DNA from: Gemmatales bacterium
GTDB taxonomy: Bacteria > Planctomycetota > Planctomycetia > Gemmatales > Gemmataceae
Assembly (NCBI GenBank): GCA_038247765.1
Contig: JBBRUN010000001.1
Span: 1 to 55,842 of the forward strand
DNA length: 55,842 nt
Reading direction: 5' to 3'
A program made the translations under genes and the position numbers. Every line of letters starts with the position of its first letter. The first letter of the stretch is position 1. This document shows, piece after piece, positions 40,856 to 49,000 of the stretch. The notes under the pieces were generated by a model. It ran no database searches and was not told the origin of the DNA. It saw only the letters and a program-made list of their open reading frames with translations.

Positions 40856-41986
40856 ATGTTCCGCTGGATGTTCCCCGCCGTTCTCGCTCTCGGCTTCGCC
40901 GCCGCCCCGGCTCCGGCCGCCGAGCCGGTGAATAAAGTCGCCGACCAAGTCAACGAGAAAATGGTCAAGATCTTCGGCTCCGGCGGCTTCAAAGGCCTCG
41001 TCAATTATTCCACGGGCATCTTGGTGTCCGAAGACGGGCACATCCTCACCGTGGCGAGCCAAGCGCTCGACACGGCGGAACTGATCGTCCACCTCTACGA
41101 CGGCCGGAAGATGAAGGCCGTCGTCGTGGTCACCGAGCCGGTGCTCGACATCGCCCTCTTGAAGATCAAAGTCGACGGCAAGAAGTTGGACGAACCGACG
41201 GGGCTGAACCTGCCGTTTTTCAACTACGCCGAGAGCTTGAAGCGGCCGCTGGCCGAGGCCGGCGACTGGGTGCTCGGGTTCAGCAACCAGTTCGAAATCG
41301 CCACGCGGAACGAACCGATGAGCGTCCAACAGGGTACGGTCTCGTCGTACTCCAAACTCCACGGTCGCCGGGGGATCTTCGATTTCCCGTACACCGGCGA
41401 AGTCTACGTCATCGACGCCATCACGAATAACCCCGGCGCCGGCGGCGGGGCGCTCGTCGATCGCAAAGGACAACTCTTGGGCATCATCGGCCGGGAGATC
41501 AAGAACACACAATCCGAGACGTGGATCAACTACGCCATCCCGCTGAGCGCCAAGGTCGAGGTGGTGGAAAAAGACAAGCCGAAGACCGTGAGCCTGCCCG
41601 AGTTCGTTTCGCTGGCCGTGCAAGGCAAATACAAACCGACCGAAAAACAAATCGTGTCGATCACGGCCGGCGGGTTCCACGGCATGCGCTTCGTGCCGAA
41701 CATTTTGGAGCGTACGCCGCCGTACGTGGATGAACTGCATCCGAATTCGCCCGCTGTCAAAGCGGGCATCCAGATCAACGACCTCGTCAGCTTCATCGAC
41801 GGCGAGCCGATCTACAGCATCAAGAGCTTCAACGATTACATGCGGAAAACCAAGCCGAAGACGACCGTGCGTTTGGAAGTGCGCCGTGGCGACAACCTCG
41901 TGACCATCGACCTGCCGCTCGAAGAATGGCCCAAAGGCTTGCTGCCGACGCTGCCGAATCCGAAGAACATCGATCCGCCGAAATAG
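40856..41986 (+). CDS. HtrA-like pseudoprotease with PDZ domain (His->Ser, Ser->Gly)
   Basis: Start at ATG 40856 (MFRWMFPAVLALGFAAAPAPAA); the track start at 40820 is a TTG. The His box reads HILTVASQA (agc 41057-41059 at the His position). Asp is retained (LDIALLKI). The Ser box reads NNPGAGGGALV (ggc 41441-41443 at the Ser position). PDZ-like ELHPNSPAVKAGIQINDLVSFIDGEPI. Confidence 0.8.
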   Translation: MFRWMFPAVLALGFAAAPAPAAEPVNKVADQVNEKMVKIFGSGGFKGLVNYSTGILVSEDGHILTVASQALDTAELIVHLYDGRKMKAVVVVTEPVLDIALLKIKVDGKKLDEPTGLNLPFFNYAESLKRPLAEAGDWVLGFSNQFEIATRNEPMSVQQGTVSSYSKLHGRRGIFDFPYTGEVYVIDAITNNPGAGGGALVDRKGQLLGIIGREIKNTQSETWINYAIPLSAKVEVVEKDKPKTVSLPEFVSLAVQGKYKPTEKQIVSITAGGFHGMRFVPNILERTPPYVDELHPNSPAVKAGIQINDLVSFIDGEPIYSIKSFNDYMRKTKPKTTVRLEVRRGDNLVTIDLPLEEWPKGLLPTLPNPKNIDPPK

Positions 41987-41987
41987 A

Positions 41988-42015
41988 GTCCTTCGTCATT
42001 TGTTCTTCGTCATTC
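41988..42015 (+). repeat. Four tandem GTCNTTN heptamers in the intergenic gap between protease paralogues 2 and 3
   Basis: gtccttc gtcattt gttcttc gtcattc, read directly. No inverted partner nearby. Confidence 0.7.
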
Positions 42016-42033
42016 GACTCAACGAGAATCGCC

Positions 42034-44070
42034 ATGCTCCGCTATAGTTTGCTCGCCCTTTTCGCGTTCGCACCGCTGGCGCATGCCCAAGATGTGAACG
42101 AAGAGAACGAGAAAGCCATGAAGGCGGCGATCGCGAAGGCGTCGCCGTGGGTCGCCAAGATCGAAACCGCCGGGGGCACCGGTGCCGTGGGCGGCGGTGG
42201 AGCACCGGGTGGCCCGGCCCCCGTCCGCAAGGGCGTCGGCCCGACCACCGGCCTCGTCGTCAGCGCCGACGGTTACGTCATTTCGAGCGCCTTCAACTTC
42301 GCCAATAAGCCGACCGACATCTTCGTGACCGTCCCCGGCAAGCCGCGGATGGTCGCCAAGATCGTCGCCAACGACACCTCGCGAATGCTCACGCTGCTGA
42401 AAATCGACGCCAAAGATCTCGCGGTGCCGACGGCGTTCCCCAAAGCCGAGATCAAGGTCGGCATGTGGACGCTGGCCCTGGGCCGGGCGCTCGATAACGA
42501 AGACGGCAAGACGCCCTCGGTCAGCCGGGGGATCGTCAGCGCACTCGACCGCATCTGGGGCAAGCTCACGCAGACGGACTGCAAAGTCTCGCCGATCAAC
42601 TACGGCGGCCCGCTCGTGGCCATCGACGGCCGCGTGATGGGCGTGCTCGTGCCGGCGTCGCCGAACGGCGAAGGGGAATCGGCCGGGGTCGAATGGTACG
42701 ACGGCGGCATCGGCTTCTCGGTGCCGCTCGATGACATCAACGCGATTCTGCCGCGCCTGAAAGAAGGTAAGGATATCCGCCGGGGGATGCTCGGGTTCAA
42801 CCCGAAGACGCCGGACGAAATGTACAATATGCCGGTCGTGGTCGGCAACGTCGCGCCGCAATCGGTCTCGGAGAAGATCGGCTTGAAAGTCAACGACAAG
42901 ATCACCTCGCTCGACGGCAAGCCGGTCGAGAACTTCAAAGATTTGATGATGCTGCTCGGGCCGAAGTACGAAGGGGACAAGATCACCCTGACGGTGGAGC
43001 GGGACGGCAAGACCGAAACTTTCAAAGACGTCGCCCTCGGCGGCACTTCGGCGACCTTCTCGCAACGGTTCCTCGGCATCCTGCCGATGCGGGACGATCC
43101 GGAACCGGGCGTCGAAGTCCGGTACGTGTATCCGAAGTCCCCGGCGGATGTCGCGGGAATCAAAGCCGGCGACCGCATCATGAAGTTCGGCCCGGCCCCG
43201 GCGCCGATGCTCACGCCGATCACCGGCGGGCGCACCCAGCTCTCGCAGATCGTCCGCAGCGCCCCGCTGAACCTCGATTTCAAAGCCGAACTGAAGCGCA
43301 AAGCCGGCGATAAAATCGAACCGGTCGTGATCAAGCTCGCCTCGTTGGGCGAGGAACTCCCGGAAAAAGCCGAGTCGAAATCGAGCAAGGGTATGGCATT
43401 CGGCAAAGAGAAAAAAGAGAACGACAAAGAGTTGGAGGTCGGGTTCAAATACGACTTGGCGAACAAGACCACCGGCCGCAAATACTGGAGATACCTACCG
43501 GATAATTACGACGTGAATAAGTCGTATGGTGTCATCGTCTGGTTGCACGATGCGGGCAAAGGGGGCAAAGAAAAAGAGGGCAAGGACGTTTTCAAGATCT
43601 GGGAAGAGTATTGCGATTCGGCCAATTTCATCTTGATCGGGCCGCAGGCTAAAAACGGCGTCGACTGGGTCGCCACCGAAGCCGAGGAACTGACGCAAAC
43701 GATTCAGCAAGCCATCGCGGGATTCACCATCGACCGTTCGCGGGTCGTCGTGCACGGCATGGGCAACGGCGGATCGATGGCGATGTATCTCGCCTTCACC
43801 GCCCGCGACCTCGTCCGCGCCGCCGTCGTCAGCGGCGCGGTTCTAAACGGCAACGCCAAGGACAACCTGCCGGCCCAGCCGCTTTCGTTCTACATCGTCG
43901 CCGGGGACAAGGATCCGTTGATCAAAGAGATCAAAGAGACCAACGAGAAGCTCAAGGCCAAGAAGTTCCCGGTCATCTTCCGCGAGCTGAAGGACTTCGG
44001 CAAAGAGTATCTGGATCAGAAGACCTTGGAAGAGATTTGCAGCTGGCTCGATGCGTTGGATCGGATTTAA
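42034..44070 (+). CDS. HtrA-like pseudoprotease (all three triad positions substituted) + 2 PDZ-like regions + C-terminal alpha/beta-hydrolase-like domain
   Basis: Start at ATG 42034 (MLRYSLLALFAFAPLAHA). His box YVISSAFNF (Phe), Asp box SRMLTLLKI (Met), Ser box SPINYGGPLV (tac 42601-42603). PDZ-like IGLKVNDKITSLDGKPV and VAGIKAGDRIMKFG. The C-terminal YGVIVWLHD...VVVHGMGNGGSMAMYLAF is esterase-like. Confidence 0.8.
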   Translation: MLRYSLLALFAFAPLAHAQDVNEENEKAMKAAIAKASPWVAKIETAGGTGAVGGGGAPGGPAPVRKGVGPTTGLVVSADGYVISSAFNFANKPTDIFVTVPGKPRMVAKIVANDTSRMLTLLKIDAKDLAVPTAFPKAEIKVGMWTLALGRALDNEDGKTPSVSRGIVSALDRIWGKLTQTDCKVSPINYGGPLVAIDGRVMGVLVPASPNGEGESAGVEWYDGGIGFSVPLDDINAILPRLKEGKDIRRGMLGFNPKTPDEMYNMPVVVGNVAPQSVSEKIGLKVNDKITSLDGKPVENFKDLMMLLGPKYEGDKITLTVERDGKTETFKDVALGGTSATFSQRFLGILPMRDDPEPGVEVRYVYPKSPADVAGIKAGDRIMKFGPAPAPMLTPITGGRTQLSQIVRSAPLNLDFKAELKRKAGDKIEPVVIKLASLGEELPEKAESKSSKGMAFGKEKKENDKELEVGFKYDLANKTTGRKYWRYLPDNYDVNKSYGVIVWLHDAGKGGKEKEGKDVFKIWEEYCDSANFILIGPQAKNGVDWVATEAEELTQTIQQAIAGFTIDRSRVVVHGMGNGGSMAMYLAFTARDLVRAAVVSGAVLNGNAKDNLPAQPLSFYIVAGDKDPLIKEIKETNEKLKAKKFPVIFRELKDFGKEYLDQKTLEEICSWLDALDRI

Positions 44071-44099
44071 TCGTTAATCGCAAATCGCAAGAGACGTTG

Positions 44100-44149
44100 G
44101 TCATTCGTTATTCGAGAAAGGTAGGACTTGTTCCCGAATAACGAATGAC
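44100..44149. terminator. Hairpin between convergent genes, built from GTCATTC-type heptamers
   Basis: gtcattcgttattcg (44100-44114) pairs perfectly with cgaataacgaatgac (44135-44149), with a 20-nt loop. It lies between the stops at 44070 (+) and 44156 (-). Confidence 0.6.
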
Positions 44150-44155
44150 TCTCTC

Positions 44156-44791
44156 TCACCTCAACTCGACACTCCAGTACGCCGAATCCAAGAACGACTG
44201 CCAGGTGTGGTACTTCTTCTGGCTCAACTTCATGTTGAGCATCGGGCTGCGCTTCGGTTTCTCCGGCTTGCGAATCAGCGTCAGGTTCGCTTGGCGCGGC
44301 GTGCGGCCCCCCTTGCGGACGTTGCACTCGACGCAGGCGCAGACGATGTTTTCCCACGTCGTACCGCCGCCTTGGCTGCGCGGTACGACGTGGTCCAGGC
44401 TCAGTTCGCTCATGATGAACTTCCGGCCGCAGTATTGGCACTGGTTGTTATCGCGGGCGAAGATGTTCCGCCGGTTGAACTTCACGGCTTGGCGGGGCAC
44501 TTTGTCGTAGTCGAGTAACCGGATGACGCGGGGAGCTTGGATTTCGACGGTGGGCGTGCGCACCCAGTCGTCGTTTTCGTCGCGGAAGTGCTGGGCGCGG
44601 AACGCGCTCAGTTCGGCCCACGATTCGAAATCGTAGCTGAGGTACTGCCCCTCCTCGACGCTCACGACCTCGGCTTGCTGTTTGGCCAGCAGGCAGAAAG
44701 CCCGGCGCACGCTGATGACGTGCACGGCCATGAACATCTTGTTCAGCACCAGCACGCTCGATTCGAGCGGGGAATAAGACTTCGGATTCAT
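44156..44791 (-). CDS. HNH endonuclease
   Basis: C-terminal CQYCGRKF...LSLDHVVPRSQGGGTTWENIVCACVECNVRKGGR is a canonical HNH/zinc-finger nuclease motif. ATG at 44791. Confidence 0.85.
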   Translation of the reverse strand: MNPKSYSPLESSVLVLNKMFMAVHVISVRRAFCLLAKQQAEVVSVEEGQYLSYDFESWAELSAFRAQHFRDENDDWVRTPTVEIQAPRVIRLLDYDKVPRQAVKFNRRNIFARDNNQCQYCGRKFIMSELSLDHVVPRSQGGGTTWENIVCACVECNVRKGGRTPRQANLTLIRKPEKPKRSPMLNMKLSQKKYHTWQSFLDSAYWSVELR

Positions 44792-45079
44792 AATGGCGTA
44801 GACCCCTTACATGCGACGACGAACCGGGGCCGTCGGGGCCGACGCCGGTTCGCTATCTGAGACGCGCCAGGGCTAGGTCAGGTTCATCCACTCAGGTATC
44901 TTACCCATATGAATCGACGGAAAGCAAGCGTCGAGTCGGGAGTTGGGAGCAGCTTCACGATTTGTTCACACGCCGATGGCGAAGTCATTCGGATCCCGTA
45001 GCGCCGGCGTACAGCGATGATTTCGTCCGCTACGAATGTTTGAAGTTCGCTCTCGGCGTCAACCAACGCGTTTCTGAAG

Positions 45080-45181
45080 TGGCGACAAGTTTCCAACTTG
45101 TCGAAGGGCGACTTTCCAGCGACTTCCGTGGAACCGACCGACATCGAGTTTTCTTGGCGACAAGTTTCCAACTTGTCGAAG
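45080..45181. repeat. Two identical 27-nt palindrome-containing repeats (REP-like element pair)
   Basis: tggcgacaagtttccaacttgtcgaag occurs at 45080-45106 and 45155-45181. Each contains the hairpin cgacaagtt-tcc-aacttgtcg. The spacer is 48 nt. Confidence 0.85.
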
Positions 45182-45320
45182 AGCCAAAAGTAAAAGGCAA
45201 AGTCTGCGCTTTCCGACATTTGTCCGCGTGCGAACGGATGGTAAACTTCCCACCGTGAGTTCGAAACCCACTGAGCCGGTGCCCATTTCCAAACCCTCTT
45301 CCCCCATCGGGAGCACGACC

Positions 45321-45554
45321 ATGGCGGCCACGAAAAAGCGGTATTTTGAATCGACCGAAGACGGCGCGAGCAAGTTCTGGGAAGTCTGGATGGAAACCAA
45401 CACCGTCACGACACGCTGGGGCAAAATCGGTTCCGACGGCCAGACGAAAACGAAGGAGTTCGCCGACGAGGCTAAGGCGAAGAAGGAGTACGAGAAGCTG
45501 CTGAAAGAGAAAACCGACAAGGGCTACGTCGAAGGCACCGCTCCGGCGGAGTAA
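45321..45554 (+). CDS. Stand-alone WGR-domain protein (77 aa)
   Basis: MAATKKRYFESTEDGASKFWEVWMETNTVTTRWGKIGSDGQTKTKEFADEAKAKKEYEKLLKEKTDKGY is a WGR pattern (FWEV ... WGKIG ... K.GY). Start at ATG 45321 within track ORF 45228..45554, with a GGGAG-like RBS upstream. Confidence 0.8.
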   Translation: MAATKKRYFESTEDGASKFWEVWMETNTVTTRWGKIGSDGQTKTKEFADEAKAKKEYEKLLKEKTDKGYVEGTAPAE

Positions 45555-45586
45555 GTACGCGTTCCCCCTCCAACCTCGGGTGCATC

Positions 45587-46009
45587 ATGCTCACCGTTTC
45601 CGCGAAGGCCATCGGCCGCAAGAAACCGATTGTCGACGACTTCTCTATCCCGGTACCGGACGCGCTCGCCGACAGATCCTTCCAACTGCGCGATGTCATC
45701 GAGCACGTCGTCCGGGCAGAAGTCACTGCGTTTCGCGGTCGCCAAGCGGAGCGCCGATTGCTCCGGGCGCTCACCGCCAAGCAGATCGACGAAGGCTTGG
45801 CGACGGGCAAGGTCTCGGCCGGCGGCAGCGATCTCGATCAAGCCGTCGATGTTGATCAAGCCGTGGCGACGGCGCTGGAAGCTTTCGCCGATGGCCTGTT
45901 CCTCATTGTGGTCGACGAGGTCGAACTGCAAGATTTGAACGCGGTCGTACCGCTGGCCGAGTCGAGCCGGCTGACTTTCATCCGTCTCACCATGCTCGCC
46001 GGAGGCTGA
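45587..46009 (+). CDS. Hypothetical 140-aa protein, middle gene of the WGR/DUF4132 operon
   Basis: Open frame with ATG start 32 nt after the WGR stop. Its stop (46007-46009) lies 3 nt before the GTG start of the giant gene. No motif recognised. Confidence 0.55.
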   Translation: MLTVSAKAIGRKKPIVDDFSIPVPDALADRSFQLRDVIEHVVRAEVTAFRGRQAERRLLRALTAKQIDEGLATGKVSAGGSDLDQAVDVDQAVATALEAFADGLFLIVVDEVELQDLNAVVPLAESSRLTFIRLTMLAGG

Positions 46010-46012
46010 CCC

Positions 46013-49000
46013 GTGTTGAAGCCCGACCTCGCCCGCGAACAACTCGCCGTGTTGAAATCGAAGAAGCACAAGCAGGCGCGGATCACGCGTTTGCAAAAGC
46101 TGCCGAAGGCGCTCGCGGCGACCGGACTCGGGCTATTCGGCCTGCTTCCGACCGGCTTGCAACCCAAGGAATGGACCGACCGTCACAAGCTCCAAGCATC
46201 GTCCGCCGTCCAACTGAGATCCGATGCAAAGGGCCGCGCGAAGATCATCGCGGCCCTCTTCCCGACGATCGCGGCGGATGTCGAAGCCGGCTGGCAACTC
46301 CTCGGCCGGTTGCCGTACACGTCGGGCTACAACCGCCGTGGGTTCCGGGCGCCGAATCGACCCGAGATCTACGCCTCGTCCCGCCAACGATACTTAAATC
46401 AACTTTTCGACGAACTCGCCGAAGTCCCGGACGATGTCCTCTCGGCCGAGTGGATCGCGGCTTGGGCCGTGCACCTCGGTTACCGGACCGATGAATTCGG
46501 CTACCTGCTCGCTGGCGTCATCGACGCCGGTGGCCAAACGGCCGATACCGTGTTGACGATCCTCCAAGATTCCGCGGCGAACCGTCACGAAATCGGCGGG
46601 CCTGGCCGGCATGCGACGCGCGGCCTCCTCTGCTGCTCGCAGCCGGCCGCGTGGGACTTCTGCGAGAAACTTTTGATCGCTGCGCAGCGTCAAGAAGGCC
46701 TGCGGCAGACGATTCTCGAAGCCGTGGACGAGGCTCACCCCGAGGCCTTCCAGCGGATGGTCAGTTTGGTTCTCGATCAGAACCTGATCCGCTTCGCGTC
46801 GGTGGCCCGCGCCGCCGGGGTCTGGTTCGGAGAACAGGAAGAAGTCGAGAACCCCAAGAAGTTGAAGGCCGATTTGGAAGCCTGCCGCGATCTCCTCGGC
46901 GACCCGGCCGCGCGCAAGAAGGCCGTGGAAAAAGGGGACGCCGTGACCGCCTACCGCGGATTGTGGGCCATGGCCTTCGAAGATATCGAAGTCGCGATCC
47001 AGGCGGCGACGCCGCTGCTGAAGGACAAAGATGCGGCCCGGCGCTTCGCGGCTGTGAAGCTGATCGGCGAGAGTGGCCTGCCGGAAGCGACGAAACTCGA
47101 ACTGCCGCTGCTCGACGATGCCGATCTGCGCGTCGTGAGTTCGGTACTCGGCTCGCTCCGTAATCAAGATGACGATGCAGACGATCACACTCCGAAAGAT
47201 CTCTTCGAACGACTCGAGAAATTGATTCCGAAACTCCCGGAAAAACGCAAGGAACTGAAGCCGCTCGTGCCGGCTTGGCCCGTGCGGGATCTCGGCCAAG
47301 AAGACGCCGCCGATCGACTCCTCGGCTCCCTCGGACAGCGTCCGGCCGAGCGATTGCTGCCGTATTTGCCGATGATGAGCCAGTATCAGCGCGTTCACGC
47401 ACTCGCCAAAGTCTGCGAGCCGCGGACGCTCTCGACGAAAGTCCGGCAGACGCTGCTCGCCATCGCCGGTGAACCGAATCGCTACGTGCGCGAGTCGGCG
47501 CTGAAGCACTTGAAGAAATCGAAACTCGCCGAGGACGAAGTCCAAACGCTGGAAGGTTACCTGACACGCAAGGTCGCCGACTTCCGCCGTAGCATTTTCG
47601 AACTGCTGTTGAACCGCACCGACAAACTCGTCGTCGGCACCATCGACCGCTTGCTCGGCGCCGGCGATGGCAATCAGCGCGCCGCCGGGATCGAACTTTC
47701 GCGGCGGATGGTCGACGACGAACGCATGGCCGAGCCGATCCGCGAGCGCCTGCGCGATTACCGCGAAGCGAAAGGCAAGCGGCTCTCCTCGACCGAAGCC
47801 GAGGCGATTGAGATCGTGCTGAACCCGGCGAGCCGGCCGCCGACGCTCGAAGACGGCCTTGGGCTGTACGATCCCGCCGACCGCAGTTCCGTCGTCGAAC
47901 CGGAGAAGAAGAAGGTCAAGTTCGTCACGCCTGCGGCAGTCGCGTTCCTCAAGGAACTCGACGAGTTCATCCACGAGCACCGGGCCACAACGTTTGTGAA
48001 CATCCGCCACGGGCAGAACTCGGAAAACGTCCTCGGCTCGATCACCTACAGTTGGTACTTCCCCGGCCCCGACAACAAACTGACCGCCGAAGAAGATCGG
48101 CCCTTTCTGCCGCTGCTCGATTTGTGGGAAGGCTGGTGGAAGGATCGCCCCGCCAAGACGCGCGACGCTGACGGCTTCGAATTGCTCCGGGCCATCGCGG
48201 TGCCGAAGGTCGCCATCCGTGAGGGCGATTCGGACGACTTCATTGACGAAGATGACGATGATCGGAAGGCGAAACCGAACCCGGCCCAAGCATCCTTCCG
48301 CAAGGTCTGCGGACAGATTCTCTCGGACAAACCGGTCGGCCTGCGCTACGAGGGTTTGATTTCGCAACTGCTGAGTTGGTTCATCAAGCTCTACCCGGCG
48401 AAGGGCGCGACCGCATTCGTGCTCGATGCCGCCGAGACAGCCTTGGCCTACGCGCCGCAGGACGTGCTCGACCAGACGCCGCTCGCAGATCCTCCGGAAG
48501 TCGAGGATGACGATGACGACGAAAACAAAAGCTTCGAATGGCGGGACCACCAAGCCTTCTTGATCTGGCTCGCCTTCGCCGACCAAGCGCGGCGGGCACC
48601 GGACTGGATGCCGGCCCACGATGTCCGACTTTTCCAGCTCTACCGCTGGCGCGACGAACCGATCCCCGGCGTCACGCGGCACCGCCCGGAGTTGGACGTC
48701 GTGCTGGCCGGGTACGCCGCCGGCGCCGCGACGCTCGCCGATTTCCAAGACCACCTCATCGGCCCGCGCAGCAAACAGCGCTGGGGCCGCGATGGTTTCC
48801 AGTCGCTAGGCACGTTGTCGCACGGCCCGCGCAGAGAATATCCGCTCGTCGAGGAACGCCCGGAACTGCGCGCCGCCGTCGATGCGATCGTGGCGCGCGT
48901 CATCGAGATCGAACTCGTCCGCGGCGAAACCCCGACGGCCGCGACGAACCCGGCCAACGACATCGGCCGGATCAGCGGCCGCGAAATCCTGTTCCGCTTG

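Noticed and set aside
44156-44791. HNH gene as a homing endonuclease or mobile element
   Set aside because: It has no intron, intein or flanking-repeat context and no integrase or transposase nearby. It looks like a free-standing chromosomal HNH protein.
45080-45181. Possible mini-CRISPR (two 27-nt repeats with a 48-nt spacer)
   Set aside because: There are only two copies, the repeats are strongly palindromic and REP-like, there is no third repeat or leader, and no cas genes occur anywhere in the window.
44884-45219. 111-aa minus-strand ORF (and 44962..45258 on the + strand, 45059..45520 on the - strand) in the HNH/WGR spacer
   Set aside because: Their sequences are largely translations of the two palindromic repeats (FDKLETCR / RQVGNLSP twice). 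There is no RBS or domain evidence, so I treat the region as intergenic.
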